From contig JBFJCP010000022.1 of assembly GCA_041615815.1 (NCBI GenBank), forward strand, positions 17,444-81,443: DNA of 64,000 nt, given 5' to 3'. Of this stretch, positions 47,509-57,463 are shown piece by piece. The first letter of the stretch is position 1, and every line of letters begins with the position of its first letter. The DNA is from Gemmatimonadales bacterium. Lineage in GTDB: Bacteria > Gemmatimonadota > Gemmatimonadetes > Gemmatimonadales > GWC2-71-9. The translations under genes and the position numbers were made by a program. Below the pieces are notes generated by a model. The model was not told the origin of the DNA. It made no database searches and saw nothing but the letters and a program-made list of their open reading frames with translations.

Positions 47509-49467
47509 CTACTGCGTCGACACCGGGTTGCCCTGCTCGGGAAGGTCGCTGGGTAGGGTGTCGGCGTCGGCGTACGTCAAGCCAAAGCCATAGGGAAACA
47601 GCGGCTCGTAGTTGGGATCGTTGCGATTGAGTGCTGTCTGGGAAGGGTCTTTCGGCCAGCTGAATGACAGCTTGCCGCTGAAATCGAAGTTGCCGTTCCC
47701 GTCGTCATTACGGAACAAGACATCCGCAACCCCGCCGCCCTCCGATCCCGGTAGCCAAGCGGCCACGAACGCCGTGGATGCGTTGAGCTCGGGATTGACC
47801 CACAGGGGCCGCCCGCTCAGGAACACCGACACCACCGGTATACCCTGCTGCTTGAGCCGCCGTAACAGGACGAGGGCCTCACCCTGTGTAGCGGAAAAGT
47901 CCAGCGACTCGAGATCGCCTTGTCCCTCTGCGTAGGGATTCTCACCGAAAACGACAATCGCGACGTCCGGGCGCTGATCGAACGAACCGTTCACGCTCAG
48001 CGTGGCGGTACCCCCGCCAGCAGTGACCGCTGTCTCGATGCCGGCGAAGATCGAGGTAGCGCCCGCAAAGTCCTCGTTGGTGACCTCGGTGCCCTGCCAG
48101 GTGATCGACCATCCCCCGGACTGCTTGCTGACATTGTTCGCGCCGTCTCCGGCCACCAAGACGTTCAGGTTGCGGGGTAGCGGAAGGATCCCCCCCGTAT
48201 TCTTGAGAAGCACCAAGGATGCACGCACGGCCTGCCGCGCGAGGTCTCGGTGTGCCGCGGCCCCGACCAGCGAAGCATCGCCGGCGTGCGGTCGCGAAGA
48301 GGGACGGCCCGCGGTGAACATCCCGGCCCTGGCCTTCACCCGCAGAATGCGCCGCACGGCGTCATCGACTCGAGATTCTGGAATTTCGCCGGCGAGGACC
48401 TGACGCAGGGTATTGGTGATGAATGCCTTCCAATCCTCCGGCACCATGAACATATCCACACCCGCATTGATTGCCTGCGGGCAGGAGTCGTTGCTGCAGC
48501 CCGGGACCTGAGCGTGGCCGTTCCAGTCACCGATCACGTACCCGTCGAAACCCAGACGTTGTTTGAGTACCTCGGTGAGCAAGTAGCGCTTGCCGTGGAC
48601 TTTCTCGCCTTGCCAGCTGTTGAACGATGCCATGACGGTCTGGACACCGGCTTCCAGCGCCGAGAGATAGCCCTGACCATGAATGTCCAACAGTTGTTGT
48701 TCGGTGGAAAGGTTGTTGCCCTGATCGACTCCGCGTACCGTTCCGCCGTCGCCAATGAAGTGCTTTGCTGTCGCCACGACATGGGGTGCACGCAGAAAAC
48801 TCGGCGACGACGCGCTCCCTTGCAGACCCGTGACCATGCGGCCAGCGTACTGTCTCACGATTTCCGGATCCTCGGCGTACCCCTCGTACGTCCGGCCCCA
48901 ACGATCGTCGCGGACGACGGCGAGGGTCGGGGCGAACGTCCAGTCGATGCCCGTGGCGGCCACCTCCAGAGCGGTGACCTCGCCGATCCGCTGGATCAAT
49001 GCTGGGTCGCGCGTCGCACCTAGGCCGATATTGTGGGGAAACAGCGTCGCACCCCGAACGTTGTTGTGGCCGTGGACGGCATCGGTTCCCCAGATCACCG
49101 GGATCGCGATACCGCCATCCGCGGTGTCCATAGAAGCGTCGTAGAACGCATCGGCCATCGCCACCCAGGCAGCAACGCTAGAGGCCTTGTCCCGATTGGG
49201 GAACGAACCGCCCCCGTTGAGAACCGATCCGAGGTGAAACTCCCTGACGTCCGCTGGCGTGACGTTCTGGATTTCCGCCTGGACTATCTGCCCGACCTTC
49301 TGCTCCAGGGTCATTCGCGAGAGGAGATCCGACACCTGTCGTTCCAACGCAGAGTCGATCGGGACGGCGCTACGAACGGATGGCCAATTCACCCGTTCAG
49401 CGCAGCCAACGAGCGTTGCCGCGCAGAGCGCGATGCTGATAGTTGCCTGACAAATGGTCCTCGTCAT
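47509..49467 (-). CDS. GH3 beta-glucosidase / exo-beta-glucanase lipoprotein
   Basis: Lipobox LVGC, GTDAVHGH, RDDRWGRTYE, AKHFIGDGG, MASFNSW, VIGDW, GENPYAEG, AAWLPGSEG, LFPYGFGL. Confidence 0.95.
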   Translation of the reverse strand: MTRTICQATISIALCAATLVGCAERVNWPSVRSAVPIDSALERQVSDLLSRMTLEQKVGQIVQAEIQNVTPADVREFHLGSVLNGGGSFPNRDKASSVAAWVAMADAFYDASMDTADGGIAIPVIWGTDAVHGHNNVRGATLFPHNIGLGATRDPALIQRIGEVTALEVAATGIDWTFAPTLAVVRDDRWGRTYEGYAEDPEIVRQYAGRMVTGLQGSASSPSFLRAPHVVATAKHFIGDGGTVRGVDQGNNLSTEQQLLDIHGQGYLSALEAGVQTVMASFNSWQGEKVHGKRYLLTEVLKQRLGFDGYVIGDWNGHAQVPGCSNDSCPQAINAGVDMFMVPEDWKAFITNTLRQVLAGEIPESRVDDAVRRILRVKARAGMFTAGRPSSRPHAGDASLVGAAAHRDLARQAVRASLVLLKNTGGILPLPRNLNVLVAGDGANNVSKQSGGWSITWQGTEVTNEDFAGATSIFAGIETAVTAGGGTATLSVNGSFDQRPDVAIVVFGENPYAEGQGDLESLDFSATQGEALVLLRRLKQQGIPVVSVFLSGRPLWVNPELNASTAFVAAWLPGSEGGGVADVLFRNDDGNGNFDFSGKLSFSWPKDPSQTALNRNDPNYEPLFPYGFGLTYADADTLPSDLPEQGNPVSTQ

Positions 49468-49794
49468 GAGTCACGGTCCGAATGAAGTTACCTTAGATGT
49501 ACGGCCAGGCTGGCTCGCCGTCCGTGTTCCAAGTGCGCCGCAGCGATCCCAGGCATCCCATCCACGCTCCACGGTCGGCCGCGGTGCCGGGAACTATACG
49601 CTGCATCTCGTCGGACGGCGACCCCCCACCCACGGGCTGGGAGTTTTAGCAGAATGCCGGGCCCCGTTCAATCCCGCAATGTCGCCACAACCCAAGGGTC
49701 GCTCGTTGGAGCGACCCTTACGTTGATCTGCTCGTGAGCACCCATCGGGAGTGATTCCTCGGGCCGACGGGCGCTCACCGCATGCTTCGGTACG

Positions 49795-50541
49795 TTATTG
49801 CTGTGTCGCGTTGTTCCACATGTAGTCCGTATGCCAGCTACAAATCTGGTTGAACTCCTGCATGGCGAGCGGACTGGTATTTCCGGCCTCTTCGTAGATG
49901 GCGTTCTGCATGTTCAACAACGTCGCGTGATCGGCGCCGCTGAAGGTCTCCAATCGCCGGAAGATGCCGCCCGCGCGGTGCGCGTAGTAGCCCCAAGTCG
50001 CGATGTGTCCCATGTCCATGTGCTTCTGGTAGAGCGGTGCCAGGACGTTTCGGAAGATCTCATCCGCGCGACCTTCGCGTGAGCGGTCGCAGGCATGGTA
50101 CGCCGAGAGCGTGGCTGAACCGACTGCGCTCGTGGCGGCCGCGGCGGAGGTGGCCACGCCGGTCCAGATGTAGTCGTCGTGTCCGGGACAGGCTGCCGAC
50201 AGGCCAGACATGGCGTCGGCGTGCTGGCTCGTGATCTCTTCGATGATTTGGTCACGGACATTCATCATCTGGCCGAGGTCCGTGCCCACCGTTGCGAAGA
50301 GTCGGCGCCACGCGCCGCCTTGGGAGTGGGCCAGCCAGATCCAGCCCGTCAGGTGGCCTGCGTCGACGTGCCGTTGCACGACGGGCCCGAGGGTGTTGCG
50401 CACCACTTCGTCGGCATTGGCCTCTTGTGCCTGGTTGCACCGGTAGTACGCGCCGAAGATGATGGGGTTGGCATCCTGCGCGGCGGCGGGAAATGCCAGG
50501 AGCATCATCCCTGCGGCAACGGCGATTGCGATTCGCGTCAT
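49795..50541 (-). CDS. Secreted hypothetical protein with two tandem ~110 aa repeats
   Basis: Signal peptide ending AAA-QD; GGAGG RBS; both halves share AY..C....ADE....H...GH...W...AH..GG..RRL...C..H.DY.W. Confidence 0.8.
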   Translation of the reverse strand: MTRIAIAVAAGMMLLAFPAAAQDANPIIFGAYYRCNQAQEANADEVVRNTLGPVVQRHVDAGHLTGWIWLAHSQGGAWRRLFATVGTDLGQMMNVRDQIIEEITSQHADAMSGLSAACPGHDDYIWTGVATSAAAATSAVGSATLSAYHACDRSREGRADEIFRNVLAPLYQKHMDMGHIATWGYYAHRAGGIFRRLETFSGADHATLLNMQNAIYEEAGNTSPLAMQEFNQICSWHTDYMWNNATQQ

Positions 50542-50697
50542 TGACGCCTCCGAGTGAGAGGGGTACTAGTGACCCAAGTATGCGGACAGGTCACAGAGAC
50601 CGTCAAATCGAGACTTGCGTAACCGCCGCCCGCGCTTCCCGGTGGAGGCCAGGGATCTCTCGCCATCCCCTTGTCCTCGGGCTATCCTATACGCGCC

Positions 50698-52542
50698 ATG
50701 CTCGATCTTCTGATCGTTCTCGCGTTCGTCGTCGCGGCCACCGCCTCCGGCTTCAAGGCCCGCAAGCAAGCGTCCCAGGGACTCGACCAGTACTTCTTGG
50801 CGGGACGCACGCTCAAGGGCTGGCAGGCGGGAACGAGTATGGCGGCCACGCAATTCGCCGCGGACACGCCGCTCCTGGTGACCGGGCTCGTAGCCACCGC
50901 CGGGATCTTCAGCACGTGGCGCCTCATGATCTACGGCATCGCGTTCCTGTTGATGGCGTACGTCTTTTCCTCGTTGTGGCGGCGCGCGGGCGTGCTCACC
51001 GATGCCGAGCTCACGGAGATCCGCTACAGCGGTCGCGGCGTGCTCGCGCTCCGAATCCTGAAGGCGGTGTACTACGGGACGGTGATCAACTGCGTGGTGC
51101 TGGCCATGGTGCTGGTCGCGGCGGTACGGATTGCCGAAGTCTTCTTGCCCTGGCACGAGTGGATTCCCAGCGGGCTCTACCTGCCGCTCCAAACCGCCAT
51201 CCAGTCGATCGGGATCACGCTCACGTCGGCGTCCACCACGCTCGATCCGGCGGTCGCCACCACCAACAACCTGCTCAGCGTCGTATTGATCCTGGCATTC
51301 ACGGCGCTCTACTCGACCACCGGCGGTCTCCGGAGCGTGGTCACCACGGACATCATGCAGTTCTCGCTCGCCATTGTGGGAACGATCGCCTACGCCGTGT
51401 TCGTGCTCCGGGCGGTGGGCGGCTTCAGCGGGCTCGGCGACAGACTAGCCACATTTTATGATGCCGAGACCGTGGATCGATTGATGTCCTTCGCCCCCTC
51501 CGCGCAGGAGGCGCTGCTTCCCTTTCTCGTGGTGGTAGGACTTCAGTGGTTCTTCCAGATGAACAGCGACGGCACCGGCTATCTGGCCCAGCGAAGCATG
51601 GGGTGCGCAACGGACAAGGATGCGCGGGTGGCGGGCGTGACGTTCGCCTGGCTCCAGATTCTTCTCCGGAGCCTCCCGTGGCTGATCATTGCGGTGGGAT
51701 TGCTCGCGCTCTACCCGGTGGCGGCGGGAGAGGCAGGCGGAGAGGCGTTCGCCGCGTCTCGCGAGATCCTGTTCGTGACGGGGATCGACGAGCTCCTTCC
51801 CATGGGATTCCGGGGGCTCATGTTGACCGGCTTGCTCGCCGCGCTTGCGTCCACCATCGACACGCATCTCAACTGGGGCGCCAGCTACTGGAGCAACGAC
51901 ATCTACCAGCGGTTGGTGGCGCAAGAGTGGATGCGGCGGAAGCCGGGGAGCCACGAGCTGGTCATCGTTGCCCGAGTATCGAACATTCTCATCATTCTGA
52001 TCGCGCTCACCATCATGGCCAATCTGGGCTCGATCCAGACCGCGTGGTTCATTTCGCTGCTCTTCGGAGCGGGGATGGGCGCGGTCCTCGTCCTTCGGTG
52101 GCTGTGGGAACGGATCAATCTGTATTCGGAGTTGATGGCGATCGCCGTCTCGTTGGTGGTAGCGCCCATCCTCCTGGTGGCAACCGACCAGGAATGGGTC
52201 CGACTGGGCGTGATGGCGACGCTGTCCACCGCGGCGGCCGTGGTGGTGACCTGGTTTACGCCGGCCACCGACGCGGGGACACGCCACCGTTTCTATCAGC
52301 GCGTGCAACCTCCCGGGTTCTGGGGCACCACCGCACGCGAGCTGGGCGAGCCCGCGACGACGCCGCTCACAAAGCTCCGACGGGGGCTCGTCGACACTGC
52401 GCTCACCGGAGTCTCTCTCTATCTACTATTGTACGGTGTGGGCACCCTGCTGGTCCCCGCAGCTCGGCCGTCCATGCTCTGGACCGTGGTCGCGCTGCTT
52501 GGAGGATTGGCATTGGTGCCCGTGTGGCAAAAACGTCTGTGA
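50698..52542 (+). CDS. Sodium:solute symporter 3 (distinct subfamily)
   Basis: YFLAGRTL, AATQFAADTPL, LTDAELTEIRYSG, GYLAQRSM, STIDTHLNWGASY, LRWLWERIN. Confidence 0.9.
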   Translation: MLDLLIVLAFVVAATASGFKARKQASQGLDQYFLAGRTLKGWQAGTSMAATQFAADTPLLVTGLVATAGIFSTWRLMIYGIAFLLMAYVFSSLWRRAGVLTDAELTEIRYSGRGVLALRILKAVYYGTVINCVVLAMVLVAAVRIAEVFLPWHEWIPSGLYLPLQTAIQSIGITLTSASTTLDPAVATTNNLLSVVLILAFTALYSTTGGLRSVVTTDIMQFSLAIVGTIAYAVFVLRAVGGFSGLGDRLATFYDAETVDRLMSFAPSAQEALLPFLVVVGLQWFFQMNSDGTGYLAQRSMGCATDKDARVAGVTFAWLQILLRSLPWLIIAVGLLALYPVAAGEAGGEAFAASREILFVTGIDELLPMGFRGLMLTGLLAALASTIDTHLNWGASYWSNDIYQRLVAQEWMRRKPGSHELVIVARVSNILIILIALTIMANLGSIQTAWFISLLFGAGMGAVLVLRWLWERINLYSELMAIAVSLVVAPILLVATDQEWVRLGVMATLSTAAAVVVTWFTPATDAGTRHRFYQRVQPPGFWGTTARELGEPATTPLTKLRRGLVDTALTGVSLYLLLYGVGTLLVPAARPSMLWTVVALLGGLALVPVWQKRL

Positions 52543-52594
52543 GTGGACCAGGGCCGAACGCGTGGCCCATGAAGCTGTCCGTGGAGAACTTTCT

Positions 52595-53170
52595 ATGCGC
52601 ACAACGTGCCTGGTACTGGCGCTGCTCGTTTCCGCCGGATGCGATGACAGCACGGGTGGTGGGTTGGGGGGCGTCGAGGCGTTCCTTGCGGATCCATTGA
52701 CCGCGTCGTTCGCGGGGGATCTCAATGGCGACGTGCAGATTTCGATCTCGGCGGATGGGTCGACTTGGATCGACCTCGGTTCCCTGAACGGCATCACTGT
52801 CCCGTTACAGACGGACAATGTCCGCACGACGGTGCACGGCGAGCAGGAAGCTCCAGTCGGCACGTACTCGCAGGTCCGAGTCACCCTGTCCGGCGTGCTG
52901 GCCCGGCTGAACGGGGGTTCGGTCATCGGGAACACCTTTCTGAGCGGCAACACCGACGTCCCGCTTGGCGGAAGTGACCAATTGGTGGAGGTTGTCGTAC
53001 CGGTGACGGGATTCTCGCTGGTCGCGAGTCAGTCCGAGCAGCGCTCGATTACGTTGACCATGAACTCCGCCACCTGGATGACCGAAGCGGCGCTGCAGGC
53101 CCAGGTGGTGGAGGACGACGCCATCCAGGCTGCCGTGACGGCCGCAGTCACCGTCGAGCCGCGTTCCTAG
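52595..53170 (+). CDS. Hypothetical lipoprotein (DUF4382-like beta-sandwich)
   Basis: GGAGA RBS, lipobox SAGC, beta-rich sequence with APVGTYSQVRVTL. Confidence 0.6.
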   Translation: MRTTCLVLALLVSAGCDDSTGGGLGGVEAFLADPLTASFAGDLNGDVQISISADGSTWIDLGSLNGITVPLQTDNVRTTVHGEQEAPVGTYSQVRVTLSGVLARLNGGSVIGNTFLSGNTDVPLGGSDQLVEVVVPVTGFSLVASQSEQRSITLTMNSATWMTEAALQAQVVEDDAIQAAVTAAVTVEPRS

Positions 53171-53276
53171 TGCAGCGTCACCCACTCGATACCGTGCCGC
53201 GTGACGGGGCGCTTAGCGCAAGACGGACCATCGGCTCACGCGCGTGAACCCCTTTTGCTAGGTGAGCTGGGCAGCA

Positions 53277-53738
53277 ATGCGTCTCTATCTCGTCCAACAT
53301 GGCGAAGCCAAGAGCGAGGTCGAGGATCCCGAGCGGCCGCTGACCGATCGCGGTGCCAAGACGGTCGTGCAGGTGGCACGTTGGGTATCCGATCGAGGTC
53401 TCGGGGTCGGTGAAATCCGCCACAGCGGGAAGCGCCGCGCTGCAGAGACGGCAGAGATTCTCGCGCAACACGTAAAACCGCCCAAGGGCGTGCGTGCGGC
53501 AGCCGGGCTGGGGCCCCGCGACAACGTGCTTCTTATGGCAGCGGCGCTCGAGCACGAACCCGAGAGTCTGATGCTCGTGGGCCACTTGCCGTTTCTCGGT
53601 CGACTCGCTGGTCAGCTCGTCGTGGCCGATGCGGGCGCGTCAGTGGTTCGGTTCACGAACGCCGGCATCGTCTGCCTTTGGCGAGACCAGAACGGGTGGG
53701 GTATCGACTGGGCGCTGCCGCCGCGACTCTTGGCCTAG
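53277..53738 (+). CDS. sixA: Phosphohistidine phosphatase SixA
   Basis: MRLYLVQHGEAKS..DPERPLT, HSGKRRAAETA, LMLVGHLPFL. Confidence 0.88.
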   Translation: MRLYLVQHGEAKSEVEDPERPLTDRGAKTVVQVARWVSDRGLGVGEIRHSGKRRAAETAEILAQHVKPPKGVRAAAGLGPRDNVLLMAAALEHEPESLMLVGHLPFLGRLAGQLVVADAGASVVRFTNAGIVCLWRDQNGWGIDWALPPRLLA

Positions 53739-53762
53739 CCGGGGGGCGGCGTTGCGCCCTCG

Positions 53763-56267
53763 CTACTCGTATCGCAGCGCTCGTATGGGGTCCACCCGCG
53801 AGGCGCGATGGGCCGGTACGTAACCCGCACCGATGGCCACGCCCGCGAGCAGAAACACCACGAGTGCCACCACCATGGGGTCGTGTCCCTCCATCCCGAA
53901 CAGCAAGGAGCTCGAGACCCGACCGATTCCCAGCGCGGCGAGAATCCCGACCACGCCGCCGATCAGCGTCATGCGCCCCACCTGCCAGAGCACCATTGCC
54001 CGCACGCGCCCGCTGTCAGCGCCGAGCGCCATCCGCAGTCCGATCTCCCGCGTGCGCTGCGCGACGGTGTAGGAGAGCACCCCGTAGAGGCCGACACCCG
54101 CCAGCAGTGTGGCCAGCATGGCAAATGCCGTCGAGAAAATGCCGATCACGCGGTCCAGGACGATGTTGTCGCGGACCTGCCGCTCCAAGGTCTTGAGGTC
54201 TTCGACTGGCAGGCTCGGATCGAGCCGGCGGATCACCGCGGGGATGGCCCGCAACATCTGCGTGGGCTCGCCGGAGGTGCGCGCGTAGAACGTGAGAAAC
54301 CCGAGGGCCTCGTCCTGACGGTACGGCGTGAAGAACAGCGGGGGAACGTCCTGCTTGACCTCGCTGTATTTGGCGTCGCGCACCAGTCCAACGATTTCGA
54401 TGTTCAATTCGTCATCCGTACCCATGAACATGCCTACGGCCTCGGCTCCTTCGAGACCGAACTTCTCGGCGAACGTCTGGTTGACCACCGCAACGCTCGG
54501 TGTGCCGACACGGTCGGCGTCCGTGAACTCACGCCCTGCCATGAGCGGGATCCCCAACGTGCTGAAATAACCGGGGCCGATCCGATTGAAGCGGGCGTTG
54601 TCGTCGATATCGGGTCCGCTCTCGAAGCCCTGGACCACCACATCCGTTCCCCAATTGCTGCCTGAGAGGATGGGCACGAGGGCTGCGGAGACGGTTGTGA
54701 CGCCTGGCAGCGCCGCAATCTCCTCCTCGACACGTTGAAACAGCGCGCGAGACGCCCCCGGCTCGTATCCGTTGAGCACCGGAGAAAGCGCAAACGTGAC
54801 CACGTTCTCGGTGCGCAGACCGAGATCGACGCGGCTCACATTGGTGAGGCTCTTGATGAACAGGCCGGCCGCGACGAGGAGGGCCATCGAAAGGGCGATC
54901 TGCGCCGTCACCAGGGCACTGCGGAAACGGGCCGCCGCGCGGGCACCGGATGGTTGGCCGGAGCTGCCTTTCAGGACGGTCATGAGATCGGGACGCGTGC
55001 TGTGCAGCGCCGGATACATTCCGAACAGGAGGCCGGTGACGACGGACAGCAGTCCGGCAAAAGCCACGACGGACGGCTGTAACGTCAGCGTCAGGGTTTG
55101 CTGCGCCTCTATTGGGATGATCGATCCGATGAGTCCGAGCGTCCCGCGAGCCACGAGGAGGCCCGCCAGACCACCGAATACCGCGAGCAGACACGATTCG
55201 AGTAGCAACTGCCTTACCAGCCGCACGCGGCCCGCGCCCAGTGACCCGCGAATTGCCATCTCCTGACTCCGGTTCGCTCCCCGGGCCAGCAGCAGGTTTG
55301 CGATGTTGGCACAGGCGATGAGGAGTACTACCCCGGTGATGGCGAACAGCAAGGTCAGCGGAGCCGCCACCTCGGCGTGGAGCGAGCTCTGTCCACGTTG
55401 GCCTTTTTCCAGGGTGATCTCCTTCTCGCGGAAGCGGGCCATGGTCTGCTCGCTCATCCCCTCCTGAAGCTCGGCCTCGACATCGTTAATGATGCCCCGA
55501 TAGATCGTGTTGATCTCCGCCAAGGCTTGCTGGATGGTGACGCCTGGTCTGAGACGTCCGAACAGGTATGCCCAGTAGCTTCGTCGATTGTCGAAGCCGT
55601 CAAACCCTCGGCTCATCTCGCCCCGCATGGTGATCGGCACGAACACGTCCGGCCGCGCCCCCAACGTCGTGCCCTCGAACCCGCGGACCGCCACCCCCAC
55701 GATCGTCATCGGGTGACCGTTGATCACGAGGGTCTGGTTCAACACACCGGGATCGCCGCCCAGCCGGTTCTGCCAGTAGCGATAGCTCAGCACCGCCACG
55801 AAGTGGGTACCGATGGTGCGATCGTCCTCGGGTCCCAGCAGGCGTCCGAGCGCGGGGCGTACGCCGAGCAGTGAGAAGTAGGATCCGGAAACGAGGAGGC
55901 CTTCGCCGTTGATCGTCTGCTGGGCGTGCGCCAGGTTGGCGCCGAATAGCCTGTGGGCGGCGAACCCGGCGAACCCGGCGAATCCCGCCTGCGCCTGTGC
56001 TTCCAGGTCACGGAACATCGGGTAGCTGAACACCTCGTCGCAGTCGCCGGCCAGGTTGCACGACTGCGAGCCGGGCTTGGGCCCCGGATTGGCCAAGTTC
56101 ACGAGTTGGTCGGGGTCCTGCACCGGGAGGGCTTGGAGCAGCATCTGGTTGAACAGTGAGAAGATCGCCGCGTTGGCTCCGATGCCGAGGGCCAACGACA
56201 GCACCGCTACCGTGGTGATCACGGGGGCTTTGGCCAGCATGCGAAAGGCGAGTTTCAAGGCAGCCAT
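53763..56267 (-). CDS. Duplicated MacB/FtsX-type ABC permease (ADOP family), no adjacent ATPase
   Basis: LALGIGANAAIFS, LLIACANIANLLLAR, EMAIRGSLGAGR, AQIALSMALLVAAGLF, GLYGVLSYTVAQRTREIGLRMALGA, RVDPIRALRYE. Confidence 0.93.
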   Translation of the reverse strand: MAALKLAFRMLAKAPVITTVAVLSLALGIGANAAIFSLFNQMLLQALPVQDPDQLVNLANPGPKPGSQSCNLAGDCDEVFSYPMFRDLEAQAQAGFAGFAGFAAHRLFGANLAHAQQTINGEGLLVSGSYFSLLGVRPALGRLLGPEDDRTIGTHFVAVLSYRYWQNRLGGDPGVLNQTLVINGHPMTIVGVAVRGFEGTTLGARPDVFVPITMRGEMSRGFDGFDNRRSYWAYLFGRLRPGVTIQQALAEINTIYRGIINDVEAELQEGMSEQTMARFREKEITLEKGQRGQSSLHAEVAAPLTLLFAITGVVLLIACANIANLLLARGANRSQEMAIRGSLGAGRVRLVRQLLLESCLLAVFGGLAGLLVARGTLGLIGSIIPIEAQQTLTLTLQPSVVAFAGLLSVVTGLLFGMYPALHSTRPDLMTVLKGSSGQPSGARAAARFRSALVTAQIALSMALLVAAGLFIKSLTNVSRVDLGLRTENVVTFALSPVLNGYEPGASRALFQRVEEEIAALPGVTTVSAALVPILSGSNWGTDVVVQGFESGPDIDDNARFNRIGPGYFSTLGIPLMAGREFTDADRVGTPSVAVVNQTFAEKFGLEGAEAVGMFMGTDDELNIEIVGLVRDAKYSEVKQDVPPLFFTPYRQDEALGFLTFYARTSGEPTQMLRAIPAVIRRLDPSLPVEDLKTLERQVRDNIVLDRVIGIFSTAFAMLATLLAGVGLYGVLSYTVAQRTREIGLRMALGADSGRVRAMVLWQVGRMTLIGGVVGILAALGIGRVSSSLLFGMEGHDPMVVALVVFLLAGVAIGAGYVPAHRASRVDPIRALRYE
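55959..55985. repeat. In-frame 3x 9-bp tandem repeat within the ABC permease (AGFAGFAGF)
   Basis: ggcgaaccc ggcgaaccc ggcgaatcc. Confidence 0.8.
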
Positions 56268-56618
56268 GGATTGGTCCCTTCCTGGGGTCGGCGCGGTCTC
56301 GTTGGCTTAAAGCGACTCTACGGGCGGAGGCGGTGATTGGTGTCGCGTCTGTACTTCCCGGGTTAGACAGTTGGGGTGGCCCAAAGGTTGACTCCTGGGA
56401 CTGCGACCGCGCCGTGCATCTCTTCTTCCACCAGTTCGCCACGCTCAGTGGACCCGAGCGAACTCAACGTGCCTCTTGGCCGTTCCCTGGCCTACGCTCG
56501 CAGCGCACTCCCGCCGGAGCTATCCTTTATGCCGATGCCGGTCTGCTCAATCGTGTTGGGCCGCCGGTCATCGGGGACCGCTGAGGCTCACTCGGCCAGA
56601 CGAACGAGCGGCGTCCAC

Positions 56619-57338
56619 ATGCAAGCCACCAGCTTCGCCAAGTTGTTCGATCACTCCATTGTCCGTCCCGACGCCACGCAGAAGGACGTGAACCGGTTTG
56701 CAGAGACGGCGGCGCGATTGGGCACGGCATCGCTCACCGTCCAGCCGCACTATGTCCGTCTTGCCGCGGATCTGTTGCGCGGGAGCAATGTGCTGGTCGG
56801 TACGGTGGTGGGATTCCCCCATGGCAATGAGACCCCGCGCATGAAAGCGTATCAAGCCAAAGAAGTCCTCGATCTCGGCGCTGGGGAGGTTGACATGGTC
56901 ATGAACGTCCCGGCGCTCAAGAACGGGGAGCGATCGCTGTTCAGCCACGATATCGAAGGCGTCGTCCGGGCGGCCGAGGGCAGGACGGTCAAAGTCATTA
57001 CAGAGAATTGCTACTTGACGCAGGAGGAGAAGCGGCGTGCCTGTGAATGGATCGCGCAGGCCGGTGCGCATTTCGTCAAGACGTCGACCGCCTACGCCGA
57101 CGGCGGCGCGACCCTTGATGATGTGCGTCTCATGTTCCAGGCGGTGCGGGGGCGCTGTCTCGTGAAGGCGGCAGGTGGCATTCGCGACGTTCACGACGTG
57201 CTCGCCTACCTTCGGGTTGGTGCGCGGCGTTTCGGCTCGACGAGAACCGACCAATTGGTGCGTGCCTTTCGGGAATTGCCGGTCCAGGATCAGGCTCATT
57301 TCGCCGGGTACGTAACAGAGCCGGCGCTCGCAGATTGA
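56619..57338 (+). CDS. deoC: Deoxyribose-phosphate aldolase
   Basis: Start at ATG 56619; DHSIVRP, TVVGFPHG, GAGEVDMVMN, VKVITE, FVKTST, VKAAGGIR. Confidence 0.88.
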   Translation: MQATSFAKLFDHSIVRPDATQKDVNRFAETAARLGTASLTVQPHYVRLAADLLRGSNVLVGTVVGFPHGNETPRMKAYQAKEVLDLGAGEVDMVMNVPALKNGERSLFSHDIEGVVRAAEGRTVKVITENCYLTQEEKRRACEWIAQAGAHFVKTSTAYADGGATLDDVRLMFQAVRGRCLVKAAGGIRDVHDVLAYLRVGARRFGSTRTDQLVRAFRELPVQDQAHFAGYVTEPALAD

Positions 57339-57463
57339 GCAGTGTCGTTCACGAGCGTGTGCGCAGGACGATGTACTGCGGGCGAGCGTACCGCACTGAA
57401 GCTCCGCCCCTGCTGCCTCGGCGTAGCCGAGGCACCAGGGGGGGCGACACCGGGCGCGAGACG

